Origin: Candidatus Kuenenia stuttgartensis
GTDB taxonomy: Bacteria; Planctomycetota; UBA11346
Assembly: GCA_945872305.1 (NCBI GenBank)
Contig: CAMCAC010000001.1
Span: forward strand, 2,970 to 66,969
Direction of reading: 5' to 3'
Length of the DNA stretch: 64,000 nt
The first letter of the stretch is position 1, and each line of letters opens with the position of its first letter. Below, one piece after another: positions 55,887 to 64,000 of the stretch. Under the pieces are notes generated by a model. The model was given only the letters and a program-made list of their open reading frames with translations. It was not told the DNA's origin and did not search any database. The position numbers were made by a program, and so were the translations under genes.

Positions 55887-56735
55887 TCAGAGGGGATTGG
55901 CGCCGACCAGGGTTCCCGGCGGCTTGGACCCGAGGGCGGCGGTGATGCCGCCGGGCCGGGTCATGTCGAACACGCGGATGCTGATCGTCCGCTCGCGGCA
56001 CAGGGCGAAGGCCGCCATGTCCATGACCCCGTAGCGGCCGGCGATGGCCTGGTCGTAGGTCAGGAAGGTGAAGCGGGTCGCGGTCTCGTCCTTGCGCGGG
56101 TCGGCGTTGTAGATGCCGTCCACCTTGCTCGCCTTGAGCAGTTCCCCGGCCCCGACCTCGGCGGCGCGCAGGGCCGCGGTGGTGTCGGTGGTGAAGAACG
56201 GATGGCCGGTGCCGCCACCGAAGATGACCACCTGGCCGTCCGCCAGGGCGGCGACCGCGGCGGTGCGGTCATAGGCCTTGCATACATTCGGGATCGCGTG
56301 CGGCCCGAAGACCACCGCCCGCCCTCCCAGGGATTCGATGCCGTCCTGCAAGGCCAGCGCGTTGATGTGGGTCGCGAGCATGCCCTGGTAGTCGCCCCGG
56401 GTCGGATCCGCGGAGCGGTGACGCACCGCGCCGCCGCGCAGGATGTTGCCGCCACCGACCACGATGGCGACCCGGCAGGACTCGGCTCCGGCCAGGATCT
56501 CGCGGCACACCCGCTCGACCACCGCCGGATCGAGCACGCTGTCCGCCCCGCCAAGCACCTCGCCGGAGAGCTTGAGCAGCTTCGTCGGTCGAACCGCGGC
56601 CGGTGCCGCGGGCGGCGGCTTCACCGCACGCTTCGCAGCCGCAGCGGCCCGGGGACGGGGTTTCACGGCTTTGGCGGGAGGGACACGCTTGGCTGGCATG
56701 GTCGGCAGCATCCGCTGCCCAGCCCACGGGGTCAA
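55887..56735 (-). CDS. pyrH: UMP kinase with a ~45-aa Lys/Ala/Pro-rich N-terminal extension
   Basis: KLLKLSGEVLGG…VVGGGNILRG…FGGGTGHPFFTTDTTAALRAAE…KVDGIYNADP is canonical PyrH. Alternative starts at 56711 or 56699 would shorten the extension. Confidence 0.9.
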   Translation of the reverse strand: MTPWAGQRMLPTMPAKRVPPAKAVKPRPRAAAAAKRAVKPPPAAPAAVRPTKLLKLSGEVLGGADSVLDPAVVERVCREILAGAESCRVAIVVGGGNILRGGAVRHRSADPTRGDYQGMLATHINALALQDGIESLGGRAVVFGPHAIPNVCKAYDRTAAVAALADGQVVIFGGGTGHPFFTTDTTAALRAAEVGAGELLKASKVDGIYNADPRKDETATRFTFLTYDQAIAGRYGVMDMAAFALCRERTISIRVFDMTRPGGITAALGSKPPGTLVGANPL

Positions 56736-56795
56736 GGCGGCCGCGAGGCCCTGGGACGGGCGTCCGTCATGGGCCGGCGTGGCCCGCCTGCCGGA

Positions 56796-57887
56796 TCACG
56801 GCAGATCCACCGCCACGACCATGCTCGCGCCCACGGAATCGGCATCGTCCGCGGCCTCGTCGATGGCGTTGGCCTCGACGTGGAACCGGGCCCGGGGATG
56901 GGGGCGCATGAGCAGCGCCAGGGCCACCTCGAGCTGCTCGTTGTCGTCCGCCTCGAACCCGCGCTCGACCCAGTCCACCATCAGCGTCGCCGACAGGGTC
57001 GGGGTGAAGGCGTAGTTGGCCATGGCGAGGAGGACGAGATCGCTGCCGAAGGTCTCGCCGCCCACCGTGAGGTCCGGGTGGTGGTGGTACTGGGCCTCGG
57101 CGGCCAGGAACCAGCCGTGCTCCTGGAATGCACGGATGTCCGCATTCAGATCCGCCGCCAGGGAATGGACCCCGCCGCCGTCCGGGCCGGCGGTGGAGCG
57201 GGGATCGTGGGCGATGCCCAGCTCGATGCGCCCCAGGGCGGGGTCCATGGCCCACAGGGACAGACCGGTGGCCAGGTCGGTGCCGGAGCGGTCGTCGGTC
57301 GACCCGAGCAGGTCATCCGCCACGTAGCCCTCGATGCCCCACCGGCGGTCGTCGCCGGCGACGAGCAGGCCCACGCCGTCGGTGACGAATGGCTCGTTGG
57401 GTCCCAGGCTGTGGTTTTGAACGTTCCAGTCCCAGGCGGCACTGTGCCGGGCGCGCCACAGGGAGGTGACGTGGAAACCCTCCCAGCCCAGCCAGGTGGT
57501 GCGGAAGCGCCCGGCGCGCACGGTCAGGTGCTCGGTCGCGCTCCAGTCCGCGAAGACCTGCTCAACCCGCACCGGGGGCGCCCGGTGCAGGTCGCCGGCG
57601 GAGTCCTCCTCCTGGTAGGGCGACTCGTCGTGCAGCACCACATCGGCGCGCAGGGCGAAGCCGTCATAGCGGGCGTTGAGGAAGACCAGGGCCTCGGCGG
57701 AAAAATCGACCTCCAGGTCGTTCTCGCCGGCGTGGCGGCCGCCGGGGTGGCCGGGGGCGGCGGGCTGCTGGAGATCCGCATCCACCCCGGCGGCCACATG
57801 CCCGCCCAGTCCCAGCCGGGGAGCGAGTTCCACCGCAGGGAGGGCTGCGCCGACGGCAAGGAGGATGAGGTTGGGAATCAGGCGCAT
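56796..57887 (-). CDS. Outer-membrane beta-barrel (porin-like) protein, unknown family
   Basis: Signal peptide MRLIPNLILLAVGAALPA. Alternating amphipathic beta-strand pattern rich in aromatic and Gly/Asp turns. No specific family recognised. Confidence 0.45.
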   Translation of the reverse strand: MRLIPNLILLAVGAALPAVELAPRLGLGGHVAAGVDADLQQPAAPGHPGGRHAGENDLEVDFSAEALVFLNARYDGFALRADVVLHDESPYQEEDSAGDLHRAPPVRVEQVFADWSATEHLTVRAGRFRTTWLGWEGFHVTSLWRARHSAAWDWNVQNHSLGPNEPFVTDGVGLLVAGDDRRWGIEGYVADDLLGSTDDRSGTDLATGLSLWAMDPALGRIELGIAHDPRSTAGPDGGGVHSLAADLNADIRAFQEHGWFLAAEAQYHHHPDLTVGGETFGSDLVLLAMANYAFTPTLSATLMVDWVERGFEADDNEQLEVALALLMRPHPRARFHVEANAIDEAADDADSVGASMVVAVDLP

Positions 57888-57970
57888 GGGCGAGCATGCA
57901 TCGGGTTCGCCGCGCTGTCGAGACGGCCCGGCACGAGGTCTGCACTTGGCCCAGGGCGTGGACGGTGAGC

Positions 57971-59395
57971 ATGGGGCGCATGAACGACCCGATCATCGGC
58001 GAGGAATGGAAGCTGCTCGACGAGGCCAGCCGCGGCTACGACCCCGCTGCCATCGCCCCGGACCTGGACGCCGCCCGGGCGCGCATCCGGCGGATCCGCA
58101 TGGCGGATGTGGAACTGCGGGCGGTGGGCGACGATGGTCGGCCCCTCGCCGGCCTGCGGCTCGACATCGAGCAGCAGCGCTCCGCCTTCCCCTGGGGCGA
58201 CCAGCAGTGGGAACTGTCCACCCTGCACCGCTACGGCCAGGGTGGGAGCGACCGGGTCCGTCACTACACCCAGCGTTTCACCGACTGCCTGAACGCCTCC
58301 AACTGCCTGAGCTACTGGAGCGAGCGGCCGCAGAACGACGGGCCGAAGCATCAGGAGTTCCAGGGCGAGGACCGCCTCGACGACTTCGCCTGGCAGGTCG
58401 ACTGGGCCCGGGCCAACGGCCTGGTCGCCAAGGGCCATCCGATCTTCTGGCCGGTGCCCAAAGGCATCCCCGACTGGGTGAAGCGCTACCCCTACGAGAC
58501 GCAGCTCGTCTTCCTCGAAGCGCGGGTGCGCAACCTGGTGGCGCGCTTCCGCGGCAAGGTCGCGATCTGGGATGTGGTCAACGAGCCGATGTGGGAGCCC
58601 GCGCTGCGCAACCTCGGAAAGCGCCACTGGCCGCATATGGAGGATCTCGACGCGATCCTCGGCTATGTCGAGCCGGTGATGCGCTGGGCCCGGGACGAGG
58701 ACCCCGACGCCTGCTACGTCATCAACGACTACGGCATGGAGGTCGACGCCCCCGGCCGGGAGCTGCGCGCCGCGGACGGCAGCCTGGTCACCGCGAAGCG
58801 CCAGCGCGACCGCTTCAAGGCCCTGTTCCGCGCCCTGCGCGAGCGCGGCTGCCCCGCGGACGGCCTGGGCATGCAGTCGCACACCGGTGGATGGATCACC
58901 CCGGCGGAGCAGAACGCCATCCTCGACGACTTCGCCGAGGCGGGCGTGCCGCTGCACTACACCGAGTTCTGGGCGAGCACCGGCCACCTCGACAAGGCGG
59001 GCCTCGATCCCAAGACGGTGGCGCGGATGAAGGCCGAGTACGTGGCCAACCTGATCACCGTGGCCTATGCCCATCCCGCGGTGGCGGCGTTCTTCTTCTG
59101 GGGCGGGATCACCGGCGAGATGGGTTTCCGCTCCGACCACAACAGCGGCGGCCTGCCCACCTCGTCGCATCAGCCGACACCGACCTACGAGCGGGTGCGG
59201 AAACTGCTGCGCGAGGAGTGGTGGACCCGCGAGACGGTGGTCACGGATGCGGACGGCGTTGCCCGGCTGCGGGCGTTCCACGGCGATCACAGCGCCCGCT
59301 ATGCCCTCGCCGGTGGCGGCCGGGCCGGGGTCGGCTTCACCGTCACCCCGCAGCGCGGGGGTGCCATCGAGCTGCGCTGCCACCGCCCGGGCTGA
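57971..59395 (+). CDS. Glycoside hydrolase family 10-like protein, second copy
   Basis: WDVVNEPMW (acid/base Glu), HYTEFWAS (nucleophile Glu); ~475 aa. Confidence 0.7.
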   Translation: MGRMNDPIIGEEWKLLDEASRGYDPAAIAPDLDAARARIRRIRMADVELRAVGDDGRPLAGLRLDIEQQRSAFPWGDQQWELSTLHRYGQGGSDRVRHYTQRFTDCLNASNCLSYWSERPQNDGPKHQEFQGEDRLDDFAWQVDWARANGLVAKGHPIFWPVPKGIPDWVKRYPYETQLVFLEARVRNLVARFRGKVAIWDVVNEPMWEPALRNLGKRHWPHMEDLDAILGYVEPVMRWARDEDPDACYVINDYGMEVDAPGRELRAADGSLVTAKRQRDRFKALFRALRERGCPADGLGMQSHTGGWITPAEQNAILDDFAEAGVPLHYTEFWASTGHLDKAGLDPKTVARMKAEYVANLITVAYAHPAVAAFFFWGGITGEMGFRSDHNSGGLPTSSHQPTPTYERVRKLLREEWWTRETVVTDADGVARLRAFHGDHSARYALAGGGRAGVGFTVTPQRGGAIELRCHRPG

Positions 59396-59410
59396 GGAGC
59401 GGGCCGGGGT

Positions 59411-60091
59411 TCAGAAGCGCCAGCCGACTCCGGCGCCGGCGACCAGGCCGGAGAAGGTGAACGAACTGTCGTCGGTGTTGTCCCAGGCCACGTCCTGGAG
59501 ACGGAGCCACTCGTAACCGACTTCGACGCCCACCTTCCAGCGGTGCCAGCCGGTCCACCAGGCGCCCCAGGTGGCCCCGGCGCCAAAGGCGACCCCGGCT
59601 CCGGAACCCGCCTCATCGATGCTCGCCGTGCCGGCGCCGGCCTTCAGGTGGATCAGCAGGTTCGTCTCGAGCGCGTCCCCCGGGTGGTCCAGACCTTCCA
59701 GGCTGACCCGCCAACCGATCCCCGCCACCGGCCCGGCGGCGGCCACTGCGATGTCGAGGTCCTGGCGGCTGCCGCCGGCCTCCGGTTCCAGTTCCCCGGA
59801 GGCGGCGACGACGCTGCCTTCGATCCCGGCCAGCCAGCCCCAGCCGTCGCCATCCCACCAACCCCGGGTCCAGCGCAGGGTCGCTCCGGGTCCGATGTCG
59901 CTCTCGCCGTCGAGCCGCAGATCGTAGGCCGGGCTCACGCCATCATCGATCCCGTCGATGGAGCCGCTGCGCAGGGCCGGCGCCAGGCTCACCACCAGGG
60001 TCAGGTCGTCGGTCACCGGCAGCGGCTGGCGCAGGGTGCCCTCGGCGGCGGCCAGGGGGCAGCACAGGAGCAGGACGGCGATGGGTTTCAC
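59411..60091 (-). CDS. Small outer-membrane beta-barrel protein (OmpA/OmpW-like 8-strand barrel) with C-terminal Phe
   Basis: GTG start with signal (M)KPIAVLLLCCPLAAA. Trp/Gly-rich strands (WRVSLEG…, GWHRWKVGVEVGYEW…), ending …GVGWRF. Overlaps the FGE lipoprotein stop by 4 nt. Confidence 0.45.
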   Translation of the reverse strand: MKPIAVLLLCCPLAAAEGTLRQPLPVTDDLTLVVSLAPALRSGSIDGIDDGVSPAYDLRLDGESDIGPGATLRWTRGWWDGDGWGWLAGIEGSVVAASGELEPEAGGSRQDLDIAVAAAGPVAGIGWRVSLEGLDHPGDALETNLLIHLKAGAGTASIDEAGSGAGVAFGAGATWGAWWTGWHRWKVGVEVGYEWLRLQDVAWDNTDDSSFTFSGLVAGAGVGWRF

Positions 60092-60945
60092 GGGGTCTCC
60101 AGGAGCAGGCGCACGCCGGCGGCGGGGTGGCGGACCCCGGGCGGGCAGTCCAGGCGGTTGCCGGCCTGGGCGGACAAGAGGGGGTCGGACCAGGAGCCGC
60201 CACGCAGCACCGGGCCATCCGCAGGGCCGCCATCGCGGACCCATTCCCAGGCGTTGCCGGCGCAGTCGCGCAGACCGTTGGCCGCCGCGGGCCGGGCGCC
60301 CACCGCCCCGGGCCCGGTCGCGGTCGCCGGTCCGACCACGGCGAAGGTGGTGGCGAGGGCCGGATCCGCACCCCAGGGCCACGGTCCCGCGCCACCGGCC
60401 AGGGCGGCGGCCTCCCAGCGGGCGCCATCAGGCACCGCCAGCCGATAGGGCTGGCTGGCATTCCAGGCGGCGAGCACTGCGGTGATGTCGGACCAGGCCA
60501 GGTTGGTGGCCGGCGCCGCATCGCCGGCGCTGCCCAGGTATTCCGCCGGCAGCACCGACCACGGCTCGCGGGGAACCGAGGCGGCGGTGCGGTCGACCAA
60601 GGCCCGCCATTGGCCCCGGGTCAGCTCGGTGGTGGCGAGCCAGCCGGCGGCGACCACCGCCGACCGGGTCGTGGAGGGCGATCCGTCCGCGACCACCGCA
60701 TCCAGGGCCGACACGGTGATGGTGCCCGCGGCCACGGCGCGGAACGACAGGCTCGTCGCATCGCCGGGGATCTCCGCGGCGCCGTCGAGCAGCCGGCCGG
60801 TACTCAGGTCCAGCCGCACCGACGCGGCGGTCGGCGGCGGCGGATCCGGGCGCAGATCCGGCGGCGGCACGTAGTCATCGCCACCGCCGCCGCAGCCGGC
60901 CGTGACCAGGGCCGCCGCCATCAGCGCAAGAGTCGGGACGCGCAT
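60088..60945 (-). CDS. Lipoprotein with FGE-sulfatase/SUMF1-like domain
   Basis: Lipobox LVTAGC. C-terminal LRDCAGNAWEWVRDGGP…RGGSWSD matches the formylglycine-generating-enzyme fold family. Confidence 0.65.
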   Translation of the reverse strand: MRVPTLALMAAALVTAGCGGGGDDYVPPPDLRPDPPPPTAASVRLDLSTGRLLDGAAEIPGDATSLSFRAVAAGTITVSALDAVVADGSPSTTRSAVVAAGWLATTELTRGQWRALVDRTAASVPREPWSVLPAEYLGSAGDAAPATNLAWSDITAVLAAWNASQPYRLAVPDGARWEAAALAGGAGPWPWGADPALATTFAVVGPATATGPGAVGARPAAANGLRDCAGNAWEWVRDGGPADGPVLRGGSWSDPLLSAQAGNRLDCPPGVRHPAAGVRLLLETP

Positions 60946-60947
60946 GA

Positions 60948-63900
60948 TCAGCCTCCGCCCGTGGTCGCGGGGACCACCACCAGGATCAGGTCCACGGCCA
61001 GGATGCCGTCAGCGTCGCCGTCCCCATCTGGATCATGGGTGAGGAGCACCCGCACCCGGACCGGGCCGGCGCCGGCGGCAGTGCCCGACAGATCCACCGC
61101 CACGGTCCCGCCACCATCACGCACCGGGGCAGCGATGCCCAGCCAGGCCGGCGGCGGGCTGCCTCCCGGCGGAGCCGTCAAGGTGGCAATCAGTGCGCCG
61201 GTAGCGGTATGGCCGCTGCCCACCACCAGGATGCGGTGGCTCCAGGGGCTGCCCGCGGCGACCACCACCGCATCCGGTTCGTTGGCCAGGGCGAAGGTCC
61301 GTGGATCGTCATCCAGGATCGCCGCGGCGGCGGTGCCGGCGGCGCGGGCGGAGCCATCCACCGTGCGGATCTCGACCACGACCCGGGCGCCGGTGGCCAC
61401 GGTGGTGTTGTCCACGGGGATCACGAGCAGGTCGATGCCAGTGGACCCGGCGGGGATCACCTGGGTGCCCGCCACCGTCTGGATCGCCACCGCGGATCCG
61501 GTGGCGATCACCCCGACCGTCGCCGGACGGGGGAGGGCGCCACCGGCATAGGCGATGCGGAAACGCGCCGGCAGAGACGGTTCGGCCCCGTCCGCCAGCC
61601 GGCGCACGGTCACGACCGGGGTCGCGTCGGAGATCCGCGCGGCGGCGCTGGCGCTCCCGCCGATGCGGATGCCGGTGGTGGCGGCGATGGTCAGGACGAG
61701 CTGTTCCTCGGCTTCGATGCGCACATCGTCGGCGATGGTGAAGGCGACCTTGGCTTCGGTGGCCCCGGCGGCGATGGTGATGCTGCCGGAGGTGGCGGCG
61801 GCAACCAGGTCCGCGAGCGGATCGGCGCTGCCGGACAGGCTCCAGGGCAGCACCACCGGGATGGTGCGCGCCTCGTTGAGCGCGACCGTGAAGGCTGCGG
61901 TGGCGCCCTCGCGGCCGGGCTCGACGAGGATGATTCCGGCTTCCGCCGGACGCTCGACGATGGTGATGGCGGCGGTGGCGGCGAGGGTGATGGCAGCGGT
62001 TGCCGGGGCGGTGATTCCGATCGTCAGCCGCTCGTCCACCTCGGGCAGGCGGTCGTCGAGGGCGGTGACCGGGATGGCCGCGGCGGTGGCGCCGGCGGCG
62101 ATCGCCACCGTAGCCGATAGGGGAGCGATGTCCGCGCTGTCCGCGGCGGTGGCGCCGCTGACGGTGATCGCCACGGATACCACGAGGGCTCCGACGGTGG
62201 TGGAGCGCACCACCCGGAAGCCGGTGCCCGCGGCGCCTTCCTGGATGCCGAGCACCGCCGCTTCGATCCATAGACCGGGGATCCGGTCGCGGATGCGGAT
62301 GGTCGCCGCGGCGGTGGCGCCGGTGGTGTACGTGGGATCTGTGAGATCCGTGAGCACGGTGAGGATGACCGTCTCCCCGTCGTCCGGCAGGGCGTCGGTG
62401 AGCGGCACCACGGGGATCAGCGCTTCGGTGGCGCCGGCGGCCACGGCCCGGGTCGCCGCCAGGGCGACGTAATCCGTCCCCGCCCCGGCGCTACCGGACA
62501 CCGCGAAGCGAAGGACCACGCCTCCGAGACCCGCCGGCGGCGCGAGGGCGATCCTGAACCCGCCCGGAGTTCCGTCCTCGTCCGCATCCGCGACCGGGGC
62601 GACGGTGACCACCGGGGCGTCGTCGACCACCGCCACCGCGACGGTGCCGGAGCCGGTGGATCCGGGGCCGGGGGTCAGCACCGCACGCAGGGACCAGCCT
62701 GGATGGGCGAGCCCATCCGCCATGGCGGTGACCGCGATGGTGGCGGAGGTGCTGCCGGCGGCGATGGCCCCGGACGCCGCGGCGGCCCAGGTCCCGCTCC
62801 CATTGCTGACAGGAGACGGCAGCGCCGTGTAGGCGATGGTGAAGGGATGGGCGAACGGCGAGGCCGGTCCCGCATAGGCCACGGTCAGGATCGCCGGCGT
62901 GCCGGTGGTCTCGCCCGCCGTACCCGACACCGCCAGGGTCAGGGCCGGGCTGCCGTCGGTGACGGTGATGGTCGCCCGGGTCGCGCTGCCGATCACCGCA
63001 TCGGCGGAGGAGACGGAGGTGATGGTGAACAGCACCGGCGTCGCCGGCTCCACCACCTGATCCGGGCTCCCGCTGACCGGGATGGCGACGGTGGTGGCGC
63101 TGGCGGGGAACGACGTGGTACCGCTGGCGGGAGCCGGTGCGCCGGCGATCAGCACCTGGGTGGCGTCCGCCAGCGTCCAACCCACGACCAGATCGCCGGC
63201 GGCGGTGGCGGAGCGGCGCAGGACGATGTCTGCGGCGGTCGATCCCACACGCTCGTTGATGGCCGTGCTCCCGGTGACGGAGACGACGTCCTGGATCGGC
63301 CCATCGTCGTTGAGCACGGTGATCGCGGCGCTCGCCGGCGAACCAAAGCGGTAGGCCCGGCCGGGGACCTGGATCGGGTCGCTGCCGGCGAGGGCGGCGA
63401 CCAGGGTCTCGTCCGATTCCCGGAGCACATCATCGAGCACCGAGATCGACACGGTGGCGGCGGTGAGGCCACCGGGGACCAGGACCACGGAGCCCGGGTC
63501 CACCACATCGCTGCCCCTGGTAGCGCTACCGGAGAATGCGAGATGCACCTCCAGGTCCTCGGGGATCGCCGCATCCAGGGAAACCACCAGGGAGGCGGTG
63601 GCGGCGGGCGCGGCCTCGGACAAACCACCGATCGCCGCCAGGGTCACGGTCGGGGTGCCGTCGAGGATGGTCAGGGTGGTCCCTGCCGGGCTGCCAACGG
63701 TGTAGGCCGGGTCGGAGCCGATGGTGAACGACGCGGACTCGGTGCCTTCGATCTGCCAGTCCCACAGCGGCAGGACCTGGACCGCCGCGGTGGCGGCGCC
63801 GGATGGGATGGTCACCGGGATGGTGGCGATCTCTGCGGCGAATGTGACGGTACCGATGGTCGCACTGGTGCTGACCAGACGCCAGTCGGGCACGGCGGGG

Positions 63901-63989
63901 CCGGTGGCGCCGGTGGCGCTCGCGGATCCGGTGGCGCGAAGACGGACGGTGAGCGCTGTCGCGGTGGTCCCGCTGCGGGCGATGGTCAA
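60948..63989 (-). CDS. Giant repeat protein with multiple Calx-beta-like domains (at least 1013 aa; may extend beyond the window)
   Basis: Repeats of ~100 aa rich in T/A/V/G with recurring DDxxxExDE(T/R)L(V/T) motifs (DDVLRESDETLV; DDRLPEVDERLTIGI; DDVRIEAEEQLVLTI), typical of Calx-beta domains. Ends …DGDGDADGILAVDLILVVVPATTGGG. Stop is 2 nt from the FGE lipoprotein start. Confidence 0.55.
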   Translation of the reverse strand: MTIARSGTTATALTVRLRATGSASATGATGPAVPDWRLVSTSATIGTVTFAAEIATIPVTIPSGAATAAVQVLPLWDWQIEGTESASFTIGSDPAYTVGSPAGTTLTILDGTPTVTLAAIGGLSEAAPAATASLVVSLDAAIPEDLEVHLAFSGSATRGSDVVDPGSVVLVPGGLTAATVSISVLDDVLRESDETLVAALAGSDPIQVPGRAYRFGSPASAAITVLNDDGPIQDVVSVTGSTAINERVGSTAADIVLRRSATAAGDLVVGWTLADATQVLIAGAPAPASGTTSFPASATTVAIPVSGSPDQVVEPATPVLFTITSVSSADAVIGSATRATITVTDGSPALTLAVSGTAGETTGTPAILTVAYAGPASPFAHPFTIAYTALPSPVSNGSGTWAAAASGAIAAGSTSATIAVTAMADGLAHPGWSLRAVLTPGPGSTGSGTVAVAVVDDAPVVTVAPVADADEDGTPGGFRIALAPPAGLGGVVLRFAVSGSAGAGTDYVALAATRAVAAGATEALIPVVPLTDALPDDGETVILTVLTDLTDPTYTTGATAAATIRIRDRIPGLWIEAAVLGIQEGAAGTGFRVVRSTTVGALVVSVAITVSGATAADSADIAPLSATVAIAAGATAAAIPVTALDDRLPEVDERLTIGITAPATAAITLAATAAITIVERPAEAGIILVEPGREGATAAFTVALNEARTIPVVLPWSLSGSADPLADLVAAATSGSITIAAGATEAKVAFTIADDVRIEAEEQLVLTIAATTGIRIGGSASAAARISDATPVVTVRRLADGAEPSLPARFRIAYAGGALPRPATVGVIATGSAVAIQTVAGTQVIPAGSTGIDLLVIPVDNTTVATGARVVVEIRTVDGSARAAGTAAAAILDDDPRTFALANEPDAVVVAAGSPWSHRILVVGSGHTATGALIATLTAPPGGSPPPAWLGIAAPVRDGGGTVAVDLSGTAAGAGPVRVRVLLTHDPDGDGDADGILAVDLILVVVPATTGGG

Positions 63990-64000
63990 GACCGCCGGCA

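Overview
This is a ~70% GC bacterial chromosomal segment, probably from a Gram-negative organism (LpxL-family acyltransferase, several beta-barrel outer-membrane proteins, FlgM, MCP). Nearly every real gene is GC3-rich, and many adjacent genes overlap with ATGA/GTGA start-stop junctions. Housekeeping genes sit at the edges: pnp-rpsO at positions 1-1943, leuS near 49.7-52.4 kb, and pyrH-frr near 55.3-56.7 kb.

Most of the window between them reads as a phosphate-starvation (Pho-regulon-like) island:
- a complete C-P lyase operon phnF-G-H-I-J-K-L-M-P plus a hexapeptide transferase on the minus strand (7.7-15.6 kb);
- divergent MFS, GNAT and phnCDE transporter genes (15.7-20.5 kb);
- a pstS-like operon (24.8-27.6 kb);
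- a secreted phytase-like beta-propeller lipoprotein;
- betaine-lipid genes btaA-btaB, followed by DUF4139-like paralogs, a Rieske protein, a cmk fusion and an MsbA-like exporter;
- an orphan operon GH3 / alpha-beta hydrolase / NUDIX / second PhnM (3.3-7.5 kb) sitting behind an ECF sigma/anti-sigma pair.

At least eight of these promoters carry the same motif: two to three direct 8-mers (G/A)NYTTCA(C/T) phased at 11 bp. That is the classic PhoB/PhoP-type PHO box geometry.

Other content:
- a Ser/Thr kinase-WD40 gene and a divergent pseudokinase-TM-FGE-sulfatase fusion;
- a histidine kinase, an MCP with a solute-binding protein, and an EF-hand secreted protein;
- ferredoxin, FlgM, TPR and pentapeptide-repeat proteins, and two GH10 hydrolases;
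- Aas (acyltransferase/acyl-ACP synthetase), an STAS protein, and outer-membrane proteins;
- a partial giant Calx-beta repeat protein in an operon with an FGE-domain lipoprotein and a small outer-membrane barrel.

Several intergenic junctions carry distinct families of GC-rich nested palindromes (REP-like); one lies between phnI and phnJ inside the C-P lyase operon.

No CRISPR arrays, transposases or phage genes were seen. tRNAs were not systematically searched.
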